This document shows positions 37,261 through 48,854 of a DNA stretch of 64,000 nucleotides, in pieces. The position numbers and the translations under genes are program-made. The stretch is from a virus. Lineage: Duplodnaviria > Caudoviricetes. The notes beneath the pieces were generated by a model, which ran no database searches, was not told the DNA's origin, and saw only the letters and a program-made list of their open reading frames with translations. Numbering within the stretch: the stretch's first letter is position 1; each line of letters begins with the position of its first letter. Location: the IMG/VR virus record IMGVR_UViG_3300025789_000018, one strand, 5' to 3'.

Positions 37261-40200
37261 TTATGTTCCTACTGCTTGTGCTGATGACCACAAGATTGTG
37301 CCGTTTGGATTATATATTACCAATGCACCACCAGCAGCAACTGGAATAGTATTTGTGATTGACATAATGATAGTATGCTGACCAGCGGAAACTGAATGTG
37401 ATGCGGTTTGTATAGTGTTATACGAAACGCCTGATATCAGAACAGTTGAGTCGAGTGTAACGCTGCCCGTATCATCTGCCGCAAACTGGAATGAATATGT
37501 ACCAGTTGTCGGGAAGTTCACAACAGTTTGAAAAACATTTGTTATAATATCATAACCAGAACCGATCCAGATTGCATATGAACGCAAGAATGAACTCCAG
37601 CCACCTAGATCCATACCACTTGCACTACACAAGTACCAACCAGTTGATGGATATCCTAGTGAAGAATATGTCGTGCCTAGTGTTGATTGTACGTTTGTTA
37701 GAATGGTAAATGTTGCTGGTGATACTGACATTGTACCTGTATATGTCACTGGTGGTGGAACATATGCAGTAGAGTTAGTTGCAACCAACTGTTGAAATAG
37801 TGGCACAGAACTATACGGAAGCGTCAATAGTGAACCAGTAACACCGGATTGTGTGTCATCGGCAGTATCAAAGTTAAAGCCTACATTGTAAGAAGATACA
37901 GTTGCAACTACTTCGTTGTTAACAATCATTGTTGTGTTCTGTGGATTGTTCACATCGGTGTAGTTGTTGCTCTGAAAAGTATCAGCGAAGAAGCCATACT
38001 TGAAGCGATTGATAGCACCATTGATTGATGATGGAATCGCTAGACCGCTTACGCTCTGTTCTAGTGCAGATAGACTTGCTTGCTGTTCTAGTGCAGCAAT
38101 ACGATTCGCAAGGCTATTGATATCAGACATAGTATAAACAAGTGGCTGACTGATTTGTGTATTTGTTGTAGAAGATGTTGGCACAGAAATCGTGTGATTT
38201 GCAACACGAGCAAATGAATAGATTTCGTTAGCAACATGCTTATCAATAATATTTGTATAGTTCTGATCTAGCTTCTGTGGTACAGAAGGATATGGTGGAA
38301 CGAATACCAGATTGATTGTCATCGTATTCGCTGGTTCAGCAGGTGGTACCAACTTAGTTGAACCAGGTGTGCCAGGAATAGAAACGATATTTGCATTTGT
38401 ATCAACTACCAGACGATCAACGCGCCCCTGATAGTTCACAAGGTTTGCAGAGTGTGCGGTACCTGGTGTTGGGAACTGATACGAAGTGCTAAGTGGTTCT
38501 GTACCGAACTTGACAACTTCACCACTGAAGATTAGATTTGCTGAACCACTTGAGGTAGCGGCTGAAGAAATATTAATCGCAGTAGAGTTGACAATAGACA
38601 CAACAGTTGCATCAACTGGAATGCCAAAGTTGGTTGCGAATACTGAAGTACCGACGGTGATTACAGATGTATTTGAGATAGCATTGACTGTTACGTTGCC
38701 GCTTGTCAATGTACCAGTTAGAATCTGTGTAGTCAATGCACCGTAGTCGATAGGATTGATTGTTGACTTGGCAGTATTAGCTACTGTAATACTAGCAGTA
38801 TTTGCAATACTTGGACGGAAGTCAACATAATCGATTAGATCGTAGTAGTTGCCCTGACTGTCATACATCTCAGAGATTTCAAGAGTGTTGATATAACCAC
38901 TTGAAGTTGCTGTAATGTTTGCATATGGTTGAGCATCATTTACTGGATATGAACTACGTGTATAGAAGCCACCACCAGTTTCGGTGAAGTGATCAAACTG
39001 TACTACCAATGCATCTGTTGTATTGATTGCAAGCTGTGACGTTGGAGTTAAATGTAGATACCCCATATCATAGAAGTCTGGATTTTGTTTGTGATCAACA
39101 TAGAAGTTTGTTGTGACATCAATCCAAGTTGAAGGAATAGATGCAGAGTTTGCTACGTTTGCTGTAACAACTGTGCTACCAGAAATAACACTTGAAGCAG
39201 GTGCTTTATAGACTTTCTTCATACGGAAGATGTCTGGGAAGCCTAGTGCCCATGGACCAGTATTTGAGTTGACAGCATTTGCAACGTTGATTGCTACAGT
39301 GGTATCGCGATTTGGTGTCTTTTGTGTGACTGACTGGCCAGTGGCATATACTGGTGTAACAATAGATACGTTTGATGATGTGGTGTTAATCGCTGCTCCA
39401 AGGTTGATGGAGAGTTTTGAACCATTCGCTGATACTGTGACTGAACCAGTAGGCAAAGCCACTGGTACGTTCTTTGGATAGAACACCACAACGTTTGCAG
39501 AAGTGTTTGCATTTGCTGGGAATGTATCAACAGTGATTGCACCACCACTAGCATTAGCGGTTGCAACTCTCTTGATTTCTCCACCAGTATTTGAGTAGAT
39601 TTTGAGATATTCGCCAGCATAAAGTGATGATGTAGATCCAGCATTTACCGTAACGATTGTGTTAGATGTGCTGGTAATCAAAGTCAATGAACTTACGTTA
39701 GCATTTGCCTGTGCATTCGAACCAGTGAACACTAGACTTAGTTCTAGCATCTGATTGTTTGATAGTGTTGCACCATTACCGTATGGGAAGATTTCTCCAG
39801 CACCAAGCTGAAGCGTGATAACACCCGAAGCAGCGTTAACAGCAACGTTAGATGTTCCTGTTGAGAACAAGCCTTGATAGTTGAACGAGTGGTTCGCAGT
39901 GCTTAAAACGTTATTTGCGCCAACTGGGAATAGCATTGTCGAGTTGGTGGCTGATGAAAGAATCGCAACGTTCGTTGAACTTATTGTTGGATTGCTTACG
40001 AGAACAATATCAGCAATACCCTGGTTGATACCATTGTTATAATAAACAGATTGTGCGTTTAGAAAGTTCTTGCCAGGATATAGATCGATATCATAAAGAT
40101 ATAGCGAAGCAACATAGCTTGGGCTGCCTGGTGTTCCAGACTGTGGCACTAGCGAACGAATACGCGCTGTACCGATTGCGTTACCAACTGGTGTTGTATT

Positions 40201-42012
40201 ACCTGATGAATAAGCAGCATTGTTTGAAAGGAATGTCTTTGCAGTATCGTATAGTGTTACGTAGTCACCAGTATTGAATGCAAACATACCACCAATCTGT
40301 TGAATATTGATGTAGTTGCCATAGTTCAATGTGGTGAATAGTGCGTTCGATGTTACAGTATTTGTGCCTTGGTTGGCTTGTAGAAAGAAGCTTGAATACG
40401 TCTGGACTTTATAACCAGAAATGTATGCTTCGCCTGGATCAACAACAAGATTGAATGTCTGTGATTGTGAAGTTGAGTTCGTTGAACTGTCTAGTGCAGT
40501 TACAGTTGAAGCAAATGTAAATGGATCAACCAAGAAGTTGCCATTTGTGTCAAACGATCTAGATGCAATATTGTCACCAATGGCGCTGTAGATTGTTTGC
40601 TGATTCTGTAGATATGGCTGACCATTCGAGAATGCAGTGATTGGGAAGAATAGTGTGTTCGCTGAAGCAGAAGCCGCATTGATGACAACGAGTGTTGGTG
40701 TTAACTGAAGACGATCAGCACCAGGTGCAGCGAAGTTTGGTTGACCTGTTGCATTATCAAGCAGAGTTTCATCAATATTACTATTGATGATTGTTTCGGA
40801 TGTATTAAATCCAACAACAACTTGGTCAGGATATTGACTGTAGCTTGATACCACAACAGATTGTGGTGCAACGTTAACGAAGTACCCTTTCTGATAGATC
40901 ACGCCACCAGAGACGGAGAACGCATATCCAAAGCCAACTGGTCCAGTGCTACCAGATGTTGCAGTGTTTGCAACAGTAACCTGCACGGCATAGTTCTGTG
41001 CAGTAAGAAGCGATGTGTTGCCTGCGATCTGCGCGACAGTAGCATTACCATTTGCAGTCTTGACTGTAACATAAGGAGGAATGACATATCCATTACCTTG
41101 AGTTACCATCGAAGCAGAAAGGATTTGACCTGTAGCCGAAGTAGATACAACAGCATTTGCACCAGAACCAATAATACCAGTAATCGTGGCAGAAGGATCA
41201 ACTGTTACTGATGAGTTACCAATCTTAATCGCTGCACTATTTGCGAATGTCCATGCACTTGCAGTTACAGAAGTATTTGAGATATCGTATGATGAACTGT
41301 TTGAGAATGGTGCAAGATTGAGGACAATCGTATTTACAATCGCAGTTGTATTTACGCCAACAACAGTTGCGCGAACTGTACCTGGATAAGTTCCTGTGTA
41401 AACAGTATTACCAACAAGTGCTTGACCACTACCAAGTGATGCTGAGTTCTGTACGGCAATAGCTGACAAGAACACAACAGAATCTGAGTTAGAAATACCA
41501 GCAGCGACACCACCAACAGGAACATTGACCGCGAAGATCGAAACGTTTGCGTCTGTGAGTGTTAGAATATCATTCTGCAAATATGCAGTCTGGTTGTTAT
41601 TTGCACCAGAGTTCGTATAGTTGACAAACAACGTATTAAGAAATGGTGCTTGTGATAGATAACCAGTATTTGAACCGACGATATATGACGTTAGATTAGT
41701 CGAAGAACTGGTGGCGAATAAACCAACATAGTTATTAACTAAAGCTTTTCCGCCGGCGACAGTAAGGTCATTGATCTTTACATAAGGATAACTGGTAAAG
41801 TATTGGAAGTTACATCCCTTGACGATAGTACCTCTATCAAAGATGTTGTCACCAAACTGTTCAATCTGATTCTGAACAATACTCTGAAGAACGTTAAGTT
41901 CACGAGTTTGTACCGCCACACTTGGCTTGAATAGAACCTGATAATAGTTCTGTTCGTTTGCGACATAATCGTCAAAATATGGTGATACGGAAAGATCAGT
42001 ATTGATTGGCAT
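37261..42012 (-). CDS. DUF4815-family large baseplate-associated protein with C-terminal PA14-like domain
   Basis: DLSVSPYFDDY..Y.VLFKP..AVQ.RELN.LQSI.QNQIE.FG, NFAAPGADRLQL, RFKYGFFAD.F, GTYSFQFAADD. Confidence 0.85.
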   Translation of the reverse strand: MPINTDLSVSPYFDDYVANEQNYYQVLFKPSVAVQTRELNVLQSIVQNQIEQFGDNIFDRGTIVKGCNFQYFTSYPYVKINDLTVAGGKALVNNYVGLFATSSSTNLTSYIVGSNTGYLSQAPFLNTLFVNYTNSGANNNQTAYLQNDILTLTDANVSIFAVNVPVGGVAAGISNSDSVVFLSAIAVQNSASLGSGQALVGNTVYTGTYPGTVRATVVGVNTTAIVNTIVLNLAPFSNSSSYDISNTSVTASAWTFANSAAIKIGNSSVTVDPSATITGIIGSGANAVVSTSATGQILSASMVTQGNGYVIPPYVTVKTANGNATVAQIAGNTSLLTAQNYAVQVTVANTATSGSTGPVGFGYAFSVSGGVIYQKGYFVNVAPQSVVVSSYSQYPDQVVVGFNTSETIINSNIDETLLDNATGQPNFAAPGADRLQLTPTLVVINAASASANTLFFPITAFSNGQPYLQNQQTIYSAIGDNIASRSFDTNGNFLVDPFTFASTVTALDSSTNSTSQSQTFNLVVDPGEAYISGYKVQTYSSFFLQANQGTNTVTSNALFTTLNYGNYINIQQIGGMFAFNTGDYVTLYDTAKTFLSNNAAYSSGNTTPVGNAIGTARIRSLVPQSGTPGSPSYVASLYLYDIDLYPGKNFLNAQSVYYNNGINQGIADIVLVSNPTISSTNVAILSSATNSTMLFPVGANNVLSTANHSFNYQGLFSTGTSNVAVNAASGVITLQLGAGEIFPYGNGATLSNNQMLELSLVFTGSNAQANANVSSLTLITSTSNTIVTVNAGSTSSLYAGEYLKIYSNTGGEIKRVATANASGGAITVDTFPANANTSANVVVFYPKNVPVALPTGSVTVSANGSKLSINLGAAINTTSSNVSIVTPVYATGQSVTQKTPNRDTTVAINVANAVNSNTGPWALGFPDIFRMKKVYKAPASSVISGSTVVTANVANSASIPSTWIDVTTNFYVDHKQNPDFYDMGYLHLTPTSQLAINTTDALVVQFDHFTETGGGFYTRSSYPVNDAQPYANITATSSGYINTLEISEMYDSQGNYYDLIDYVDFRPSIANTASITVANTAKSTINPIDYGALTTQILTGTLTSGNVTVNAISNTSVITVGTSVFATNFGIPVDATVVSIVNSTAINISSAATSSGSANLIFSGEVVKFGTEPLSTSYQFPTPGTAHSANLVNYQGRVDRLVVDTNANIVSIPGTPGSTKLVPPAEPANTMTINLVFVPPYPSVPQKLDQNYTNIIDKHVANEIYSFARVANHTISVPTSSTTNTQISQPLVYTMSDINSLANRIAALEQQASLSALEQSVSGLAIPSSINGAINRFKYGFFADTFQSNNYTDVNNPQNTTMIVNNEVVATVSSYNVGFNFDTADDTQSGVTGSLLTLPYSSVPLFQQLVATNSTAYVPPPVTYTGTMSVSPATFTILTNVQSTLGTTYSSLGYPSTGWYLCSASGMDLGGWSSFLRSYAIWIGSGYDIITNVFQTVVNFPTTGTYSFQFAADDTGSVTLDSTVLISGVSYNTIQTASHSVSAGQHTIIMSITNTIPVAAGGALVIYNPNGTILWSSAQAVGT

Positions 42013-42020
42013 TATAATCC

Positions 42021-43889
42021 TCAGTAGTTTAGAAGCAACTGAATGGTCTCAGATTGTGTATTTGCTCTATTGATCGCCGTAAAGTTTTCAATATAAAGAA
42101 CATCGCCGCTTTCTGGTACCAAATCTGGTGGTGTTACTGTATTTATAGTGAATGATTGAGTGTCTTGTGATGTGACAGTGCCATTAGCGGCCACAGAGAA
42201 TGAGTTGATCGTATTGCTTGAATAGATTGGACCAAACTTGTCTGTGACATATACGGTTGTTGCATTACCTGCATAATAGATTGCATTTGCCACAAGTTGA
42301 CTTGTCGAGTTAGCAATAGAGTTTACCGTTGGATTGCCTTGATAAACAGATTGACCAGAACTAAAAGTGCTTGTGGTATAATATCCACTATATTGATAGA
42401 ACTGTGTGAATGTGGTAAATGGTTTTGTTTTGCCACTAATAGTAAATGCTGTAATCTGAGCATATGTATTTGAAGTTGTGCCGTGGATCAGACCAGAAGA
42501 ACTATTTGTTGACACTGCCCATGTAGAACTTGCATTGGTGATTTCTAATGGCGAAGCATCTTTGACAATACCAGTCGAAACAGTATTACCGATTGTTTGT
42601 GTGACTGTCTCACCTACAGTGAATAATCCTGTATTTCCAGAAACAGTAAACGTAACATTAGAGAATAATGGATTGCGAATAATACCAATAGACTGATAAT
42701 CGCTTACCGTCGGGATTGTATTACTTTCTGAGTTGGCGAATGTGATGCTTAGGCCAACTGTATTGCAAAACAACTCGGCTGCTACGTTGGAACCATGGCC
42801 ACCTTCTGGACCAGCGATGACGCGAATCGTTGCGGTGTTTGACACACCAACAGCAGGAGAAACGTTTACATACGCTCCAGCAGCATATACACCAGTACCG
42901 CGATTTAGAACCTGGATCTGATAGATACTATTACCAGCAGCCGCATTGACTAGAGCGATTGCAGCCGCAGAGGTATTTGCATCACTGCTATTCAGAATCG
43001 TAACAGCAGGAGCAATAATATACTGAGAGCCATTGGTTGGTGCGGTAGAAAACTGTGAAGCAAGTGTTAGATATGTGCCACTTGTGTTTGAATAGTGGCT
43101 TGTGACTTGCTTATATTGACCAGCACCTGTGCCTGAAGTCACATATAGATAGCAGCCATTATAATACTGATTAGTCTTCGATGCGTCTGTCGGAAGAACA
43201 ATCAAAGGATATGTGGTATTTGTCACAGATGACGCTGAAAATGTATTATTGTAATAGTTGTTATATCCAGAGCCAGTTGTTGCTGTGATATTATTATTTC
43301 CATCAACAGGAACAATAACGTCGATTGCACCAGAAACTGCATTGCTTGTTACGTTGGCATCAGGTAAAACTGGAATATATCCGCCAGTAGCAAAAGTATT
43401 ATACAACGAAGCGGGGAACTTGTACATATATTTCCACTGATATCCATCAGATGTTTCATAATATGGATCACCAGCAATCGTATCGCTGTATAGTGGCTGT
43501 GCTGTAGATGCTGCACCGTTATTGTTGTATAGACACTTCCATACATAATAATAAGTCGCTGGTGTGCCTATTGATGTGTATACATAAAAGTTTTCATTAA
43601 TAAGATTTGTATTCTGGTCATCATACATTGCATAAACTGAGCCAGAGCCCCATGCAACACCACTAATCATCAATGAAGCATCTGAGGAGTTCAATGCTTT
43701 ACCGAACAGCATTGTGTTGTATGCAGTAAACTCGGTCGTGTTTGGATTATCGTATAGTGTAGGAACACCATTTGTCCATGTGCCAGCTTGACCCGCAAAT
43801 ACATAATATCCAGAAGACACAGAGTTAACAAACGCCTGAGCATTCTGAAGTCTATATTTGTTTGTGAGTAGTTGAGTAGTAGTTCCCAT
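42021..43889 (-). CDS. gp8: Baseplate wedge subunit
   Basis: YYVWKCLYNNNG..ST.QP, DGYQWKYMY, GGHGSN...EL, EN...INRA..QSETI.LLL. Confidence 0.9.
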   Translation of the reverse strand: MGTTTQLLTNKYRLQNAQAFVNSVSSGYYVFAGQAGTWTNGVPTLYDNPNTTEFTAYNTMLFGKALNSSDASLMISGVAWGSGSVYAMYDDQNTNLINENFYVYTSIGTPATYYYVWKCLYNNNGAASTAQPLYSDTIAGDPYYETSDGYQWKYMYKFPASLYNTFATGGYIPVLPDANVTSNAVSGAIDVIVPVDGNNNITATTGSGYNNYYNNTFSASSVTNTTYPLIVLPTDASKTNQYYNGCYLYVTSGTGAGQYKQVTSHYSNTSGTYLTLASQFSTAPTNGSQYIIAPAVTILNSSDANTSAAAIALVNAAAGNSIYQIQVLNRGTGVYAAGAYVNVSPAVGVSNTATIRVIAGPEGGHGSNVAAELFCNTVGLSITFANSESNTIPTVSDYQSIGIIRNPLFSNVTFTVSGNTGLFTVGETVTQTIGNTVSTGIVKDASPLEITNASSTWAVSTNSSSGLIHGTTSNTYAQITAFTISGKTKPFTTFTQFYQYSGYYTTSTFSSGQSVYQGNPTVNSIANSTSQLVANAIYYAGNATTVYVTDKFGPIYSSNTINSFSVAANGTVTSQDTQSFTINTVTPPDLVPESGDVLYIENFTAINRANTQSETIQLLLNY

Positions 43890-43897
43890 TATTAATC

Positions 43898-46800
43898 CTA
43901 ATGTGTAGTCGGACCAGTGTTAGCGTTAGATATTTCCACTTGCTTGGATATTGTACTTGTTTTTACAACAGCGCCAAACAACTTAGTTCCTGCCATGTGA
44001 ACAACATCTTCTACCATTTGTTCATACTGACTTGGATCGAGTGATGATTTAATCTCATAAGAAAATGTCTGATAATATTCACCGTCTTGTAGATACTTAT
44101 CAGCAGACAAAAAGCCCTTTGTCGATGAGTAGAACCCAGCGCCAACACCTTGTTTGCCTAGATTGACAATAGCTGTACCAGTTCTTGTTCCATCATTCGA
44201 TGAGAATGTAACAGTTTCAGCATTGACATAACCAATACCAGATGTTTGAACGGCAAGTGATGTGACAGTACCTGTTTCTGTAACAACGTTTGCCGTTACA
44301 TTTGCATTATCGCCTGCATAGCTTGATATTGTGTTTGCGGCGACATAAACAACATTTGCGGAAGTACCACTCTGTACACCAACAATATTGTTTCCAGTTA
44401 CACTAAAATCTTGATTGACAGACCAACGACGAACACTCATCACATTATTATTTACAGATAGAACTTTACCAATCGCTGTGCCATATGATGTGAGACCGAC
44501 TGAACTTACATTTGATGTTGCGAGTGACGTTAATCCGAAAACATTCTGTGAAGCCACAAATGTTGTTGTATTCGAAACGTTGGCGGTATTAATAGGGCTA
44601 GAGACATAAAGAACATTCGCTTGTGGAATATTCGATACCACACCAATAGAAGATAGAATAGACACAGAAGATGCGACATTCTCGGTGCTTGGTGCTGATG
44701 CTAGTTGTAATGCCGTTGAGTTGATAACACTAGTGACAAATCGTAAGTCTTTACCGCCGATTAGAATATAGTTATTCGCAGCAAAGGTAGAAGTAAAGTT
44801 TGGTGCACCTGTATTGGCCAACAGAATAGAACTAACGCTATTTGCAAGATATGTGCCAGCAGGTGTACTGTTTACTTGATATACAGACTCACCAACAGTA
44901 AATGAAGGCTTTGTGGTGAGATTTACAGTTATGGCATTATTTGTTGCAACATTCTGCGTGACTTCTTCATTTAAGAGGAAAGAACCGCTAGAGTTTGCAA
45001 TAGTGATTACATAATCTTGTTTGTTAAGTGCCGCCACATATGGCTGATAGATTTCGACATATGGTGAATGATTATAGTTTTCACCAGGATTTGTCTGTAA
45101 AATAGATTCAATCTCGCCAACTTGTAGAACGCTGAACGATAGAATATCATTTAAATAACCAACAGTCAAGTTTGCCGATGGAAACTTAGGGAATCCATAA
45201 CTAATAGCATTTAATGATAATGAAAGATATAGCTGACCGTTACTATTATATCCACCAATCATATCGGTGTAATCAAAGATCGTTTCAGATGAGTTGATTA
45301 CTCCCAACACCATATTCGCATAAGTGCCAGTTGAAATGCTGATGATATTGGCCGAAACGTTCTGTGCAGCAGAGACAGCAGAAATAACAGCATTTGCGCT
45401 AGACACATTGCCTTCTACTTGATACGTAGTGACGAACGCACCGTTTGATACGTTCAATGTCAACTGCGAGGAGTTTGCTGCTAATAGAATACCTGTGGCA
45501 ACATTCGCGCTACCATTACTCTGATAGATTAGTTCACCAGGAACAAATGCGGCAGTGTTGCTTGTAACTGTCAAGTATCGTGGATAGTTCGCTACAACAT
45601 ATGTGTATGCGTTTGTGAGCGCGCCAGTCAATCCAATAACACCAATCTCTGTGGTGAAGTTGTTTACTGTAGCAGTGGCACCAGATGTTTGACCTGTTAC
45701 TGTAACACCAGTACCAAAATAGCTATTTGATAATCCAGTAACAACAAGAGTATTTGATGAATATGTTATTACATTCGCTGTAATGCCATCTGATGTAGTA
45801 ACTGTCTCGCCTGTTGTAAATGATCCAGTAACACCATAAACAGCAACAGCAGCATTTGCACCATAAGCAAAAGAGTTTGCATATAGATTTGCAGATAGAT
45901 TTGATGGATTAACAAAAGTTACGTTAGAGAACTTTTCAAATGGCGCCTGACTTGTAGGTAGTGTTGTGTGAACGTTCGACAGACCAATGACAGTGTTTGA
46001 TATTAAAACATTTGCATTATTTGCATATCCCCAGCCACCATCATTTCTTATGAAACTAACGATACCAGTTACGTCTGAAATACCAGTAACACGACCTGTG
46101 CCCTGTGCCCCGAACTGTCCATTAAGTGGAACAATATCACCAACATTGAAACCATATCCGCCTTCTTGCACGATAAGTTCGCTGAGTGAACCAAGGACAA
46201 AAGGAACGTTGGTTAGATCGTTATCATAGCTGAGTAGTTCACCAGTCTGAAAGTTCTTTTCAGAAACATTTGTGATATAAAATAGATTGATTAGCTGTGC
46301 GCCGATCTTGCGCTTGACAATATGATCAACGAATGCAGTTGCACCAGACGAAACACCAGTTACAGTCTTGCCGACAAAGCTTGCGTTACGTGGTGATGCA
46401 GTGACTTCTAGATACTGTGGAACAATCCATGTGCCAGAAGATGTTGTGAAAATATCTTCTCCTGGTAGATAAACAGTGATATCTTCACCAAACACCAGAT
46501 TGAACAAAAGCTTTAGCCCGCGAATGTTACCCTTTGCTCTGTATAGATCAAGGACTTTCTTTACGGTAAGTCTTTTGTCTGCTAGTGATGTGTACTGGAT
46601 GCCACTTAGATATGTGTCGGTAAAATACACCAGGAAGTCATCCAGAGTGGTATCCACGTCAGCATAAGACATTAGCTGTCTAGCCATATAGATAGGATTA
46701 CCAAGCAGCACAGGCGCACCAGCGACAGCTACAGAACCAACAGCACCTGACGCTGCACCATATATTTGTGTATTAGATAAAAAAGTACCAGAAATGTTCT

Positions 46801-47062
46801 TGACAGTGATAGTGGAACCTGATATACTCACAACTGTGCCAGATGATATGATATTACCTGTTGAGTCTGATTGGTATACAACTTCGTTATTAGCAAACTC
46901 ACTAGTCGAATCAATAACAGTTAGTTGTATCACATCATATGACTGTTCCATCCATTCATAATATGCGGTTATAAATGCAATCAGATTAGGTCCCTGTTCA
47001 TTATAGAATGAAGGGAACTGTGATGGAATCAGATTCGATATAGTTTGTTCGACTTGGCTCAA
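43898..47062 (-). CDS. gp7: Baseplate wedge protein (gp7-like)
   Basis: ISNLIPSQFP.F...GP..I.FI.AYYEWME, LYRAKG..RG.KLLF, KYLQDGEYYQ.FSYEIKS, H.AG.KLFG. Between gp6 and gp8. Confidence 0.75.
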   Translation of the reverse strand: MSQVEQTISNLIPSQFPSFYNEQGPNLIAFITAYYEWMEQSYDVIQLTVIDSTSEFANNEVVYQSDSTGNIISSGTVVSISGSTITVKNISGTFLSNTQIYGAASGAVGSVAVAGAPVLLGNPIYMARQLMSYADVDTTLDDFLVYFTDTYLSGIQYTSLADKRLTVKKVLDLYRAKGNIRGLKLLFNLVFGEDITVYLPGEDIFTTSSGTWIVPQYLEVTASPRNASFVGKTVTGVSSGATAFVDHIVKRKIGAQLINLFYITNVSEKNFQTGELLSYDNDLTNVPFVLGSLSELIVQEGGYGFNVGDIVPLNGQFGAQGTGRVTGISDVTGIVSFIRNDGGWGYANNANVLISNTVIGLSNVHTTLPTSQAPFEKFSNVTFVNPSNLSANLYANSFAYGANAAVAVYGVTGSFTTGETVTTSDGITANVITYSSNTLVVTGLSNSYFGTGVTVTGQTSGATATVNNFTTEIGVIGLTGALTNAYTYVVANYPRYLTVTSNTAAFVPGELIYQSNGSANVATGILLAANSSQLTLNVSNGAFVTTYQVEGNVSSANAVISAVSAAQNVSANIISISTGTYANMVLGVINSSETIFDYTDMIGGYNSNGQLYLSLSLNAISYGFPKFPSANLTVGYLNDILSFSVLQVGEIESILQTNPGENYNHSPYVEIYQPYVAALNKQDYVITIANSSGSFLLNEEVTQNVATNNAITVNLTTKPSFTVGESVYQVNSTPAGTYLANSVSSILLANTGAPNFTSTFAANNYILIGGKDLRFVTSVINSTALQLASAPSTENVASSVSILSSIGVVSNIPQANVLYVSSPINTANVSNTTTFVASQNVFGLTSLATSNVSSVGLTSYGTAIGKVLSVNNNVMSVRRWSVNQDFSVTGNNIVGVQSGTSANVVYVAANTISSYAGDNANVTANVVTETGTVTSLAVQTSGIGYVNAETVTFSSNDGTRTGTAIVNLGKQGVGAGFYSSTKGFLSADKYLQDGEYYQTFSYEIKSSLDPSQYEQMVEDVVHMAGTKLFGAVVKTSTISKQVEISNANTGPTTH

Positions 47063-47063
47063 C

Positions 47064-48851
47064 TTACTGCCTTACGATTTGGACGTTGACAATGATTTCG
47101 TCATTTGGAATCTCAAAGATAACATTCTGTGATGTTGAAACATCTTTGACATTTTCTGGCAACTGACAATAGAAACGAATAGCATCACCTACATATGAGT
47201 CAACAAAGAAGTTGGTTAGTGTAATGACACCGTTAGTGAAGTCAACAGTACCAACAACATTCGATGGCTGACCAGATACGATCAGATTGCCTGTGTATGT
47301 TTGTGTAATGGTATTAAATGAAGCGCCTGTGTCTTCAATGGTATAATAAACACCATCAACAATATACTGAGTGCTGGTTACAGTAGTTCCTGATTGCCCT
47401 TCAGTGTTGAATGGCATGTTATACGTTAATGTATAGTTCTGTGTTGCAGATGTTGGCAATAGTTTCTTCATAACAGAATATTCTGTCTGATTTGAAATGA
47501 TGCTTGGATGTGCAGAATCGATTGCTTCTACCAGACGCGAATATAGTAGAGTTGATGCAAAGTTGTCAAGGTACTGTAGATTGTAAGTCTGAATAGCAGA
47601 TGTAACGAATGTAGAGATATCTGCTGGCTGTAGTGTTGTCTGATTGATATTGTACTTGACAGTGGTAGCAACAGAAGCATACGTGTAGTCTGGTTCAACG
47701 AACACAGAAATAATAGTCAATGGCGCACGAGTTGCAAGGAACTGTGAATATTCTGTGACTTTATCTTGTGGAATATTATCAAAGTTATATAGCTTCAATG
47801 AGATGAACACTTTGCCGTATTGTGGAGGTGTTACTGTTTCTCCCCCATACACCGATACTGATTCGATTTCTGGATATGTTACTTGAAGAAGTGTTTCATA
47901 GTCTGATGTTGTGACCGCACGTTCTTGTGTCGCATAATAGCGAGGAGCATTAAACCTGATTGATTCAATGTCTTCGCCAATGTCACCGCCTTGTGCTGGT
48001 GATAATGTAGATACTGTGATGTTTGATGAACCACCAATTGTGCCATTTGGAGTAAACAATGAGATACCATTTGGTAACTGACCGTTTGTTGTTAGATAAG
48101 TTGCAACAATAGCAGCACCATCTATCGGTCTTCTACCAACAACATTGTCACCAAAGATGATTTGATATTGACTGTTATCTGCTCCTTGTAAGAAGTAAAC
48201 AGCAGAGTTTGAGTTTAGATCAAGTAGAGAAGTTGATTGAATATACGGAATAACATTCGCGCCATTATTCTCAACAGAGATTACAGTCAATGATGTTGTA
48301 TCAATCGTTGGATTTGACAATGTGAAGTATTGGACATTGGTGTTTGTCTGTGGTTGCATTATAAAAGTGTCGGTTACAGAAGTTCCTTCATATATTTCCA
48401 CATTGGAAAAGTAAAAGTTTCCATCTGTATTTGCCTGAACAACAATATTCTGGTTTGTAGAAAATGTGTAGTTGTTTGATCCTGCTTTACCAGTAAACGA
48501 TGTGCCCGCTGGAATAGTCAGAATGACTGGATTGTTTGGAACATTCGCAACAACAATATCAATTAGAGCATATGATGATCTAAACGAACGAGGTACATAA
48601 TTGAGTTCTTTTGCACGAAGAACAACCGAGTCGCGTTGTTGTGCAGTATCCAAAAACATTTCTGATGCGACCATATTCATATAGAACGCATTTAGATATG
48701 TGTTGTATGACAATAGGTCTAGAATTACACTGAGGTTCGAACCATCAAAGTTATAGTCCTGAAACTGCTGCTGTGACTGCAAATAAGTCTTCAGGCTGTT
48801 TTTATAATCAGCGAAGTCTAATGAAGTCAATGTAATGCTGGTATTTGCCAT
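47064..48851 (-). CDS. gp6: Baseplate wedge subunit
   Basis: LDF..YK.SLK.YL..Q..F.DYNFDGSNLS..LDLLSYNTY, E.IESIRFNAPRYYATQERAVT..DY, PPQYGKVFIS. Confidence 0.97.
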   Translation of the reverse strand: MANTSITLTSLDFADYKNSLKTYLQSQQQFQDYNFDGSNLSVILDLLSYNTYLNAFYMNMVASEMFLDTAQQRDSVVLRAKELNYVPRSFRSSYALIDIVVANVPNNPVILTIPAGTSFTGKAGSNNYTFSTNQNIVVQANTDGNFYFSNVEIYEGTSVTDTFIMQPQTNTNVQYFTLSNPTIDTTSLTVISVENNGANVIPYIQSTSLLDLNSNSAVYFLQGADNSQYQIIFGDNVVGRRPIDGAAIVATYLTTNGQLPNGISLFTPNGTIGGSSNITVSTLSPAQGGDIGEDIESIRFNAPRYYATQERAVTTSDYETLLQVTYPEIESVSVYGGETVTPPQYGKVFISLKLYNFDNIPQDKVTEYSQFLATRAPLTIISVFVEPDYTYASVATTVKYNINQTTLQPADISTFVTSAIQTYNLQYLDNFASTLLYSRLVEAIDSAHPSIISNQTEYSVMKKLLPTSATQNYTLTYNMPFNTEGQSGTTVTSTQYIVDGVYYTIEDTGASFNTITQTYTGNLIVSGQPSNVVGTVDFTNGVITLTNFFVDSYVGDAIRFYCQLPENVKDVSTSQNVIFEIPNDEIIVNVQIVRQ

Positions 48852-48854
48852 GGT

